Below, one piece after another: positions 26,831-35,973 of a stretch of 64,000 nt of DNA. How positions within the stretch are numbered: position 1 is the stretch's first letter; every line of letters starts with the position of its first letter. Origin of the DNA: Bacteroidia bacterium (lineage in GTDB: Bacteria > Bacteroidota > Bacteroidia > J057). Position numbers and translations under genes: made by a program. Location of the stretch: positions 69,928 to 133,927 of the forward strand of contig JAUIGE010000019.1 in the NCBI GenBank assembly GCA_030430205.1, in the 5' to 3' direction. The notes beneath the pieces were generated by a model. It saw only the letters and a program-made list of their open reading frames with translations, had not been told where the DNA came from and did not search any database.

Positions 26831-29022
26831 GGTTTCGTTCCGAACCTCATCAGATCCCAGGAAGCTTTGATAACAACTTCTCTGGAAGGTCCCGGTAAAG
26901 AAGTATTCAGGCCCTGATAAGCCTGATAATAGCGAATCCGTTGGTTAAGTATATCATACATCCCCACGCCCAACTTTAGGTGCCCATTCCAGAGGTGGTC
27001 ATAGCGCACAAAAGTCTGGACCAACCAGCTGGGGTTTACTTCCTGAAGAAGCCAAAACTCTTCTAAATCATTGGGAAGGGCAAGGTCATATCCATATCTT
27101 TTGCCCAAATAGGAAGCAGAAATATTGAAAGAAATATCATCTACGGGATAGTAGGTAGCATTGATGTTAAAACGGTGTGAAGGAAAACTTAATAACTGGC
27201 TGCTTACTACTTCCTGCCGCAAGGCAGGATTAAAGTCAAAAGTGGCCACCTGATATGCAGGGATGCGGTCTTTATTTCCTACAAAATAATAGGAATAATT
27301 AGCATTGATAAAGCCTTTTTCGTGCTTATAGCGGGCCTCCAGCTCAAAACCCTGGGTACCCGAACGCGCTGCATTCTGGTAGACAAATAAACCGGCACCT
27401 TCTCCAAATTGCTGGATGATTTGCTCGTCGGAATAAAAGGAAAAAACGATGGGATCGTAGGAGGTGATATTGAAAAAATTGGCTGTAATCAGCCCGTGTG
27501 TCCCCAATTGCAGGCCGACTTCGGCCTCCTGTACCCAGGTCCTTTCGGCCTGTATATCGCCCATCACGCCCACGATTCGGCTCGAATCTTCATTGAAGCT
27601 GTAGGTGCCGTCAAAGGCACGGGCGATGTTGCCGACAGAGGGTGCGCGAAAGGCGCGGCTGAGCATCAGTTTGAAGTGAAAAGCGCGCAGGCGGCGGGTA
27701 GCGGCAAGCCTCGGACTGAAGGCGGCGCCATAGCGCGTATTGGCGTCCAGGCGTGCGCCCAGGGTCACATTGGCCCAGGGCCGTTTCAATACCGCCTGCC
27801 CAAAGGCAGCGAAGTTGTGGTAAAAGACCTGCTCTTCCTGTATGAAGAGCGGATCGCGTACATCCAGGTCGCTGTTTTCGGCTTTGTCCCGAAACCACTC
27901 CACGCCTCCGCTGAGGTCGGTGCGGTGGTCGGCTTGGTACAGGGCAGATACATTGGCCCGAAAGCGCGAGATGCGCGCATCATCTTCTCCCAGGCCGGAA
28001 GCATCTTCTCCTTCCACAGGAAATTGCACCACCCAATTGAAGCGAGGGACAATCTGCAATTTGTCATTCACCTCTTTCACATACTTCAATTCTGTATAGT
28101 TGCGGCGTAGCTTGACGAGGCTGTTGCGATGGCCATCAAGGTCCATCTCGCGGATGTCATCATAGGCATACAGGTCCACGATGGAGCGGAAGCTCCAATT
28201 GCCCCATTGCATCTGCAATTGGTTGATGCGGGGGTTGATGCGGGAATTTCCCGCAAGAGAGCTGAGGCGGCCGGGCCGCCCGAGGCTGTCAAGCTGCTGA
28301 TTTTGATAAAATCCAAAATGATCCTGATCGCTGCGCATGCCGCTGCCGGCATAGGAAGAAAAGCTAAAAGAGCTATTTCCCCACTTCTGACCGAAGTACC
28401 AGTTTCTTTGGCGAATGCCCTTTGTCCCAGCCATCTGGCCAAAATTGTAACCGAAAGTAAGACCCTGGAAATGCTCCGGGCCACGGGTGATCAGGTTGAT
28501 CACGCCAAACTCGGCGAAGCCGCCGTAGAGGGCCGAGCCTGGGCCCCGAATCAACTCTACCCGCTCGATCATATCGGCGGGATAGTGATTGCCAAAATGC
28601 AGATTGGCCCCGTAAATATCATTGAGCTCCTGCCCATCCATCAGCAGCAATACCTTGCCCTCATTCGCCCAATTGCCGCGCATGCCGATACCGATGCTGC
28701 CATCCTGATCCTGGGCAAAGGTCACTCCAGGCATCAGCCGCAGCACATCCAGCAGGTCCCGCGCTCCTGATGCGGAGATCTCTTCCCGCGTGACAACCGT
28801 GATGACGTTGGGGGTATTGAGCAGGTTGAGCTCGGTGCCGGTGGATACCCTGGTCGGCTGGGTCAGGACCTTTAACTCCGGCGCAATGTCTGTCGCCTGA
28901 AGAGAGTCAGCAGCCTGCTCGTAATATGCTTTTACCTTAGCAGTATCCACCTGAGCCAATGAAACACTGCTCATCCCAAAAAATATCCATACAATAAGAA
29001 GTCTTTGGGGGGTAAAAGTCAT
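26827..29022 (-). CDS. TonB-dependent receptor (731 aa)
   Basis: It has a signal peptide, plug motifs (DVLRLMPGV, IRGPGSALYGG) and a long beta-barrel region. It is a paralogue of the upstream gene. Confidence 0.88.
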   Translation of the reverse strand: MTFTPQRLLIVWIFFGMSSVSLAQVDTAKVKAYYEQAADSLQATDIAPELKVLTQPTRVSTGTELNLLNTPNVITVVTREEISASGARDLLDVLRLMPGVTFAQDQDGSIGIGMRGNWANEGKVLLLMDGQELNDIYGANLHFGNHYPADMIERVELIRGPGSALYGGFAEFGVINLITRGPEHFQGLTFGYNFGQMAGTKGIRQRNWYFGQKWGNSSFSFSSYAGSGMRSDQDHFGFYQNQQLDSLGRPGRLSSLAGNSRINPRINQLQMQWGNWSFRSIVDLYAYDDIREMDLDGHRNSLVKLRRNYTELKYVKEVNDKLQIVPRFNWVVQFPVEGEDASGLGEDDARISRFRANVSALYQADHRTDLSGGVEWFRDKAENSDLDVRDPLFIQEEQVFYHNFAAFGQAVLKRPWANVTLGARLDANTRYGAAFSPRLAATRRLRAFHFKLMLSRAFRAPSVGNIARAFDGTYSFNEDSSRIVGVMGDIQAERTWVQEAEVGLQLGTHGLITANFFNITSYDPIVFSFYSDEQIIQQFGEGAGLFVYQNAARSGTQGFELEARYKHEKGFINANYSYYFVGNKDRIPAYQVATFDFNPALRQEVVSSQLLSFPSHRFNINATYYPVDDISFNISASYLGKRYGYDLALPNDLEEFWLLQEVNPSWLVQTFVRYDHLWNGHLKLGVGMYDILNQRIRYYQAYQGLNTSLPGPSREVVIKASWDLMRFGTKP

Positions 29023-29079
29023 GTCATAAATCCTTGTTCTGGGTTTTGAGTTCTAAGACGAAAGTAACAATTAGCTCAA

Positions 29080-31446
29080 TTAAAACCCCTTTCCTCTTCC
29101 GAAAAAGCCAGGCGCTTCTTTTTCTTTCTGAAGCTGTTTTTCCTGCTTTTTGCGTTTGTCAAAATTGAGGTCCAGGGAGGCTTTTAGGACGACTTCTCTC
29201 GAAGGTCCTGGTAGAGGAGGGTTTAACCCAAAGAAAGGTTGCAGGAAGGGCGTTTTTTGGTTAAAAACATCATATACCCCAATGCCCACATTCAAGCCTC
29301 TGAAAATGAAATTATCATGATTCAGGTAGCCATTGAATAAGAATTGCTGGGGAAAAGTTGTCAGTTCTCCCGTAAAATCATGGGGTTCCTGGCTGGCAGG
29401 CACCATGGCGTAGGCATATCGTTCGGACAGGTAAGTTCCTGTTAAATTGATGCTCATATTCCGGCTCAGGTTGAGTCCCAGGTTCACATTCACTTTGTGC
29501 TTGGGAAAACCAAGGGTTACATTGTCGTAAAGCCGCTGGCGGTCTTCGGGATTATAGGAAAAAGTGGATACAGCATAAGGCGCTGGAATGGCATTGTCCT
29601 GCACGGAGTAGAAAGAATAATTCGCGTTAAAATGGCCCCATTTACGCTTGTATTGATAATCCAGCTCCAGGCCGAATGAACCCGATGAGGGAAAATTTTG
29701 GTAAACAAATAGCCCTCTGTTTTCGCCAAAAGCCGAAACAATCTGATCATCCTGATAGAAATGATAGACAATCGGGTTGCGGGTATGCACCCGAAATACA
29801 TTGGCTGTCAGGATCATATCCTGGGTAATTTGCTTGCCGATTTCTGCCTCCAGCACCAATGACTGCTCTGGCTCCAGCTCCCGCCCGACATTCTCCAGGC
29901 TCATGGAATCGGTATTTACGCTATAAGTGCCGTCAAATGCCTGGATAACATTCCCAATGGAAGGCGCTCTAAAAGCGCCACTTCCCAGCAATTTGAGATG
30001 CCAGGAGCGATTTTTACCAAAACGCCTGGTCAAGGCAATGCGTGGGGCATAGGCCTCATAGGATGATTCAAAGCTGGAAGTGGAAAAAATATCCGGCAGA
30101 ATATAGTTGTCATAGCGTACCCCCGCGGTGATATTGACAAAATCTGTCAGAATCACGACCTGCCCAAAAAGGGCAGCATTGACCACAGCGAGGCTGTCGC
30201 TGATATTGACCTGATCGTGCCGACCTTCCAGGTCGGCTGCATCCATCCATGTTTCTGCGCCCGCAGTCAGGTTGAGACGATGGGTAATATCCCAGCTCAT
30301 GGTAGCATTGGCTAAGGCGCGGAAAGAAAGCTGGTTGAGTCGTGGAAGCAGGAAACTGCTGTCCTGAGGCACATTTAGCTCGGGAGCCTGTATGCCCAAT
30401 TGTACTTTGGGCGTGATCACGAGGCGTTTGCGAAACATGCTGAGGTCATACCTCAGCTCGGTATTGTTGCTGCGCAACCACTGAGTCAGCGGGCGATCGC
30501 CCGCTGGTGTTACGATGGAGACATCCTGTACCTTGTACAGGTCTGTGATATTCCTGATATGAAAATTGCCCGTTTGTAAGTGGACATTGTAAAATTCCGG
30601 GTTGATCGCCGAATTCCCTTTCAGGGAGGCGATCCTGCCGAGGCCATCACGGCCCATGGACAAGCCATTGTAGTTGAAGTAGGCAAACTGCTCGCCCTCG
30701 CTTCGCTGTCCTGTACCGCGAAAGTGAGAAATATTCAATTTCCCACCATCCCACTTAAAGCCCAGCGAGCCATAATAATTCTCCCGACCCCGCCTGCCCG
30801 TATCAGCCCAATGGCCAATGGTACCGCCCAGAATCAGCCCGTTTTGCTCCCGGGTGACGATATTGATGACGCCATATTCGGCGAAGCCACCATAAATGGC
30901 TGAGCCAGGACCCCGTATGATTTCGATTTTCTCGATCAAATCCACCGGATAGTGATTGCCCAGGGCAAAGGTTGCGCCATAGACTTCATTCATCATTTGA
31001 CCATCTATCAGCAAGAGGACTTTGCCATCACTGGCTACATTTCCCCGGACACCCAGGCCCACTTTTCCTTCCTGGTCCAGGACCAGGTGAAAGCCCGGCA
31101 CCAACCGAAGCACGTCTATGAGGTCGCGTGCGCCCATTTTGCGGATTTCATCCTTACTGATGAGGGTGATGATGTTGGGAGCATGGCGATAGGTCATCGT
31201 GCGCTTGCTGGCTACAGCGATCATGCTATTGAGGAGCTTTTCGAGCTCCGAGGGGACATGGCCGGTGGCCTTGAGAGAATCCAGTTGATCGAGGGACATG
31301 TCATACATGTCGGAGAGCAGGTGCCTGTCTTTGGAGCTGAGTTTAGTGATGTCTACTTTTTTCCAATCGACATCCTGAGCTGCCATTTTATGGAAAAATG
31401 ACAGCATCATAAACAGACAAAATGTGATTGGCAAAAACCTTTTCAT
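29080..31446 (-). CDS. TonB-dependent receptor (788 aa)
   Basis: It has a signal peptide and plug motifs (DVLRLVPGF, IRGPGSAIYGG). About 58 of 91 plug residues are identical to the 731-aa paralogue by hand count. It carries a Lys/Glu/Gln-rich C-terminal tail. Confidence 0.88.
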   Translation of the reverse strand: MKRFLPITFCLFMMLSFFHKMAAQDVDWKKVDITKLSSKDRHLLSDMYDMSLDQLDSLKATGHVPSELEKLLNSMIAVASKRTMTYRHAPNIITLISKDEIRKMGARDLIDVLRLVPGFHLVLDQEGKVGLGVRGNVASDGKVLLLIDGQMMNEVYGATFALGNHYPVDLIEKIEIIRGPGSAIYGGFAEYGVINIVTREQNGLILGGTIGHWADTGRRGRENYYGSLGFKWDGGKLNISHFRGTGQRSEGEQFAYFNYNGLSMGRDGLGRIASLKGNSAINPEFYNVHLQTGNFHIRNITDLYKVQDVSIVTPAGDRPLTQWLRSNNTELRYDLSMFRKRLVITPKVQLGIQAPELNVPQDSSFLLPRLNQLSFRALANATMSWDITHRLNLTAGAETWMDAADLEGRHDQVNISDSLAVVNAALFGQVVILTDFVNITAGVRYDNYILPDIFSTSSFESSYEAYAPRIALTRRFGKNRSWHLKLLGSGAFRAPSIGNVIQAFDGTYSVNTDSMSLENVGRELEPEQSLVLEAEIGKQITQDMILTANVFRVHTRNPIVYHFYQDDQIVSAFGENRGLFVYQNFPSSGSFGLELDYQYKRKWGHFNANYSFYSVQDNAIPAPYAVSTFSYNPEDRQRLYDNVTLGFPKHKVNVNLGLNLSRNMSINLTGTYLSERYAYAMVPASQEPHDFTGELTTFPQQFLFNGYLNHDNFIFRGLNVGIGVYDVFNQKTPFLQPFFGLNPPLPGPSREVVLKASLDLNFDKRKKQEKQLQKEKEAPGFFGRGKGF

Positions 31447-31541
31447 GCTTTCTTACTAACGTATATATCGACGGCTATTTATATATATGTCTGTTGAGAG
31501 CCAAAAAGAGGTGACTGAAAGCGAAAAAAAGGAGGGTAGAC

Positions 31542-32144
31542 CTAGTCTTTTCCAAGAATATCCCAACTCAAGCCCAACCTCAGCTCAATGGTAGCCACAC
31601 TGAAGGGTTGAAATGCGTTGAAAGCCCGGCGGTAAAGCAACTCTACAAAAGTGTTAAAATTGCGGCCTGAATTCCAGCTGACGCCTGGGCCTAAGAGGAT
31701 CTCGGGTGTCCGAAAGTTGAGTCCGTTTTGCTCAAAAGACTGGTTGTAATAGAAGACCCGCTCATATACATTGGCGGGAAAAAGCATCCCTGCAATCCCA
31801 ATAATGGTTACCTGGTTGACCTCTATGAAATAGTACCGCAATTCCGCAGTGATATCCAGGTCCAGGCGACTGAATTGCTCGATGCTGGGACCAAAAGGAT
31901 TGTTTCCTCCCTGATAGGAGGCTCCATAAAGATTGGGCAGCAGTCCTCCACGCAGACCGACACGGTCGATCGGATTGGCTTCCACAAAGAAGCCCAGGCG
32001 AAAATTATAGTCAAACCCATAGCCCAGTCTCTGGCCCTGAAAATAATCCAAATCGGGGGCAAAGGCCGCTCCTACCTGCAATTTCTGCGCGGAAAGAGAA
32101 AGGCTTCCCAAACAAATCAGTAACAATAACAAATGGCTTTTCAT
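31542..32144 (-). CDS. Small outer-membrane beta-barrel-like protein, hypothetical
   Basis: 200 aa with a signal peptide (SLSLSAQ) and alternating hydrophobic/aromatic beta-strand pattern. I recognise no family. Confidence 0.4.
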   Translation of the reverse strand: MKSHLLLLLICLGSLSLSAQKLQVGAAFAPDLDYFQGQRLGYGFDYNFRLGFFVEANPIDRVGLRGGLLPNLYGASYQGGNNPFGPSIEQFSRLDLDITAELRYYFIEVNQVTIIGIAGMLFPANVYERVFYYNQSFEQNGLNFRTPEILLGPGVSWNSGRNFNTFVELLYRRAFNAFQPFSVATIELRLGLSWDILGKD

Positions 32145-32147
32145 AGG

Positions 32148-32591
32148 TCAATTTTTTAAAACCATAGAACGATGTTCAAGCCCGGCTTCTTCAAAGGCAT
32201 CGCCTTCTGCCACAAAACCCAGTTTCTCGTAATAGGGCGTCATAAACGCCTGGGCATGCAGGTAAACCTCCAATCCAGCTGGCGCATCTGCCAGCATTTT
32301 TTCCAAAAGTGCCTTGCCTATGCCTTTTCCCCGAAAGGCATCTCTTACAGCAAAGCGTTCCAATCTGATACGCCCATTCTGAGTGATTCGCCAACGCGAA
32401 GCACCTGCCGGCTCTCCATTGCAGAGAGCCAGATAATGATTTGCCAAATGGTCAAAACCATCATACTCATCCTCTTGTGAGATGGATTGTTCTTTTACAA
32501 AAACCTCTGTACGGATGTCAAAAATATGATTGAAGTCCACATCGGACTCTACCTGGCGGACTTCAATCTGTTTGTTTTCTGGATTTGGCAT
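32148..32591 (-). CDS. GNAT family N-acetyltransferase
   Basis: 147 aa with an acetyl-CoA binding motif region (FRGKGIGKALL). Confidence 0.8.
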   Translation of the reverse strand: MPNPENKQIEVRQVESDVDFNHIFDIRTEVFVKEQSISQEDEYDGFDHLANHYLALCNGEPAGASRWRITQNGRIRLERFAVRDAFRGKGIGKALLEKMLADAPAGLEVYLHAQAFMTPYYEKLGFVAEGDAFEEAGLEHRSMVLKN

Positions 32592-32601
32592 ATAGCTGAG
32601 C

Positions 32602-33222
32602 TTACTTCAGCTTTTCAAAGGTAGCGGCAGCGTCAAAATCCCGGGCAGATTTTCCTTTGCGAAGGATAACTACCTTCTCCATCACATCGCCTACCGTGAT
32701 GGCGTTTACGACATTCATGCCCCGAATAATGTGGCCAAAAACAGCATGACGCCCATCGAGATGAGGGGTAGGAACATGCGTTATGAAAAATTGGCTGCCA
32801 TTGGTATTGGGGCCGGAATTGGCCATGGAGAGAATGCCCGGTGTGCTATGCTTGAGCGTGGGGTCAATTTCATCTTTGAATTTGTAGCCCGGATCGCCTG
32901 TGCCATTGCCTTGAGGGTCACCGCCCTGAATCATAAAATTGTCAACGACTCTGTGAAAGGTGAGGCCGTCATAATAAGGCTTTCCTTTTCCTTTGGCGCT
33001 GTTTTCGATTTTGCCTTCTGCCAGGCCCACGAAATTCGCAACGGTAAGGGGCGTCTTTTCATGCTCAAGTATGAGCAGCATATCGCCTTTGTTGGTAACA
33101 ATTTTGGCATATAAGCCATCACGAAGTCCTTTGAGGTCTTCAGAATTATCGGCTGTCTCATTGCAGGAAAAGAGAAGCCCGCTGAGGAGAAAAAGCAGAA
33201 CAGTAAATTTGAAAATCTTCAT
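32602..33222 (-). CDS. Peptidyl-prolyl cis-trans isomerase, cyclophilin type, lipoprotein
   Basis: 206 aa with a lipobox (LLFSC) and cyclophilin motifs ([31 protein letters not shown]). Confidence 0.9.
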   Translation of the reverse strand: MKIFKFTVLLFLLSGLLFSCNETADNSEDLKGLRDGLYAKIVTNKGDMLLILEHEKTPLTVANFVGLAEGKIENSAKGKGKPYYDGLTFHRVVDNFMIQGGDPQGNGTGDPGYKFKDEIDPTLKHSTPGILSMANSGPNTNGSQFFITHVPTPHLDGRHAVFGHIIRGMNVVNAITVGDVMEKVVILRKGKSARDFDAAATFEKLK

Positions 33223-33297
33223 GAATACCGAAATTTTAATGAATTAAGAGGGTAAATCAGTTCGAAAAATACATCAAAAAATTGAATTCCCTGTGCT

Positions 33298-33819
33298 TTA
33301 GAAGCCCAGATTTCCCTTGCTGATTTGTTTATCCAAATCATAATCGGTCAACTCTTCCAGACCGATAACCGTGATGCTGTTGATGACATCCCCGCCCACG
33401 ATAGCGTCTACTACATCCTGCCCTTCAGTCACGCGGCCAAAGACGGTGTGTTTGCCATCAAGCCAGGGAGTATGTACATGGGTGATGAAAAACTGGCTGC
33501 CATTGGTGCCCGGGCCGGCATTGGCCATGGAAAGTATGCCGGGGCGATCGTGTTTTCTCGCCGGATGAAACTCATCCTGAAAGCGATATCCGGGGCCTCC
33601 TCTTCCTGTACCTGTGGGGTCACCGCCCTGCACCATGAAGTTGGGAATAACGCGGTGAAAGATGATGCCATCGTAGAAGGGTTCTCCCAATGGCTTGTCG
33701 TTATTGGAGATTTTGCCCAGAGCCAGGCCAACAAAGTTGGCCACTGTGATGGGTGCCTCCTGGTGGAATAATTCACAAAGGATATCTCCTTTACTCGTCG
33801 AAATTTTTGCAGTTAACAT
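33298..33819 (-). CDS. Peptidyl-prolyl cis-trans isomerase, cyclophilin type, cytoplasmic
   Basis: 173 aa without a signal peptide, with cyclophilin motifs ([31 protein letters not shown]). Confidence 0.9.
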   Translation of the reverse strand: MLTAKISTSKGDILCELFHQEAPITVANFVGLALGKISNNDKPLGEPFYDGIIFHRVIPNFMVQGGDPTGTGRGGPGYRFQDEFHPARKHDRPGILSMANAGPGTNGSQFFITHVHTPWLDGKHTVFGRVTEGQDVVDAIVGGDVINSITVIGLEELTDYDLDKQISKGNLGF

Positions 33820-33871
33820 ATTTGATTATTTGTGTGGGTTCGAAATAAACAAATTTTCGATTACTTTCCTT

Positions 33872-34546
33872 TTATTCGAGCCCCTTAAGCGCTTCGCGCT
33901 TGCTCAATCCTGATAAATCAGGATGATCTGCCACAAACTGCCTGACGGCAGTTTCATTTTGCTTTGCGTATTCACGCAAAGCCCAGCCGATCGCTTTTCG
34001 AATGAAAAACTCCTCATCGTGCAGGTTTTTTTCACAATAGGTAAAAAGTCTTTGAGCGTCCGTCGCCTCTTTGTACTTCAACTGGTGCAGGATGGCGGTA
34101 CGGCGGATCCAGAAGTTTTCTTCTTCGCTCCAGGCATCCATACGCGCCTGTAGCTCGGGATACTTTTTCACCAAAGCCCCCATCAAATGACTGGCAATCA
34201 GGTCTACGGTATCCCACCAGGATTTATTTTCTATTAAAAAGCGATAAACCGGCAGCATTTCGAGCCCCACCTTATTTTTGAATTTGACCAAAATATCTAT
34301 GCAGGCATACTGCAACTCCCGCTCAGGCCAGGCCCACATCTGATGGGCAAAGGCGGCTAAATCCTTTTGGGCAGGCAGCCCATGCGCTTTGAGAAAGTCT
34401 CGGGTCAATTCCTTTCTGACAGGCGCTTTCATGCCGAAATAGTCAAATTTATCGCGCATATAGGCCTTTTGGGCCTGAGCGTTCTCTGCATTTCCATGCT
34501 GCTCCAACACGTCTCTAAACTTTTTGCAATATTCCTGAAGATTCAT
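33872..34546 (-). CDS. DNA alkylation repair protein (AlkD-like HEAT-repeat family)
   Basis: 224-aa helical repeat protein. The N-terminal pattern (ENAQAQKAYMRDKFDYFGMKAPVRK) is typical of the DNA_alkylation family. Confidence 0.72.
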   Translation of the reverse strand: MNLQEYCKKFRDVLEQHGNAENAQAQKAYMRDKFDYFGMKAPVRKELTRDFLKAHGLPAQKDLAAFAHQMWAWPERELQYACIDILVKFKNKVGLEMLPVYRFLIENKSWWDTVDLIASHLMGALVKKYPELQARMDAWSEEENFWIRRTAILHQLKYKEATDAQRLFTYCEKNLHDEEFFIRKAIGWALREYAKQNETAVRQFVADHPDLSGLSKREALKGLE

Positions 34547-34584
34547 TTTTCTTATTTTACCTTTGCGGCCAAAATAAACAGAAA

Positions 34585-35973
34585 ATGCTCAAACGTTTCA
34601 GCCAATTATTTGTCCTACTTTTCACTTTCCTGTATAGCTCCGCTCAGGTCACCCTGATCGTTGATGCGATTCCTTCCAATACGCCTGCTGGCGACGATAT
34701 CTATGTCGCTGGCGATTTCAATAGCTGGGATCCCGGGAGTTCTTCTCACATCCTGCTGCCACAAGGCAACAATAGGTACGTTTTGAATTTGGGAAACCTC
34801 AGCCAGACCTTTGAATACAAATTCACAAGAGGTGCCTGGGCGAGTGTAGAAGGCGATGCCAATGGGAGCTTTCGCCCCAATCGGTCTTTTACCCCCAGTG
34901 GCGGATCAGATACTGTGTATATCCAGATCCTGAGCTGGGAAGATTTGGGAGGTAGCGGCGGCAATACACTCGATCCGGGTGTGCAGATCATGGATGCTTC
35001 CTTTTCGATGCCGCAATTGAATACAAATCGCAGGATATGGATTTACCTGCCGGCAGATTACGATACCTCCACCAAAAACTATCCGGTTCTGTATATGCAT
35101 GACGGTCAAAATCTTTTTGATCTGCAGACCAGTTTTTCGGGTGAATGGAAGGTAGACGAGACCCTGCGCCAGTTGGAGCAGGCCGGAGATTATGGCGTGA
35201 TCGTGGTCGGAATCGACAATGGCGGCGGTAGCCGTCTGGATGAATATTCCCCCTGGGTGAATCCAACTTATGGCGGAGGTGATGGTGACAAATATGTTCG
35301 CTTTATCACAGAAAGCCTCAAACCTCATATTGATTCCTCTTTTCGCACTTTGCCGGGCCGTGAGACCACGGGTATCGCGGGCAGCTCCATGGGAGGCCTG
35401 ATTTCCTACTATGCGGGCATCGCCTATCAGGATGTTTTTGGAAAAGTGGGCGTTTTTTCGCCTTCATTCTGGTTTTCCAATCAGGTCTATGCATTTACCA
35501 ACAATACCGGCAAGAAAGAAAATGGCCGTTTTTACTTCATCGGCGGTGCCAATGAAGGCAGCAATATGGTCACCAATATGCAGCACGTTTACAACGATCT
35601 GGGAAATCTGGGTTTTGCGGCAAATGACCTCAAACTGGTCGTGAAGGCTGACGGCCAGCATGCGGAATGGTTTTGGGCGAGAGAGTTTGGCGATGCCTAT
35701 AAGTGGCTTTTTAGCGACCTGAGTTTAGCCGCAGGGGACTTAGAGGTTTTTTCCAAAATCCGTATCAGTCCCAATCCAGCCGACAAATGGCTTCATATCG
35801 CCAGCCCAACAGCAGCCAGGTTATTGATTTTGGATCAAAAAGGAAGTTTGGTCCGGAAAGAAAATATTTCAGGAGATGCGCAGTTGGATGTATCTGAATT
35901 GCCATCAGGCTTCTACCTCATAGAGATTCACACGAAGGGCTCCATTTTCAGACGAAAATTGTTGAAGCTTTAG
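34585..35973 (+). CDS. Secreted esterase-family protein with an N-terminal CBM20/48-like module and a T9SS type A C-terminal sorting domain
   Basis: 462 aa with a signal peptide. It has a starch-binding-like N domain (YVAGDFNSWD), a putative esterase core (YPVLYMHDGQNLF, GSSMGG nucleophile elbow) and a C-terminal ISPNPADKWLHI...FYLIEI Por-type CTD. Confidence 0.75.
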   Translation: MLKRFSQLFVLLFTFLYSSAQVTLIVDAIPSNTPAGDDIYVAGDFNSWDPGSSSHILLPQGNNRYVLNLGNLSQTFEYKFTRGAWASVEGDANGSFRPNRSFTPSGGSDTVYIQILSWEDLGGSGGNTLDPGVQIMDASFSMPQLNTNRRIWIYLPADYDTSTKNYPVLYMHDGQNLFDLQTSFSGEWKVDETLRQLEQAGDYGVIVVGIDNGGGSRLDEYSPWVNPTYGGGDGDKYVRFITESLKPHIDSSFRTLPGRETTGIAGSSMGGLISYYAGIAYQDVFGKVGVFSPSFWFSNQVYAFTNNTGKKENGRFYFIGGANEGSNMVTNMQHVYNDLGNLGFAANDLKLVVKADGQHAEWFWAREFGDAYKWLFSDLSLAAGDLEVFSKIRISPNPADKWLHIASPTAARLLILDQKGSLVRKENISGDAQLDVSELPSGFYLIEIHTKGSIFRRKLLKL

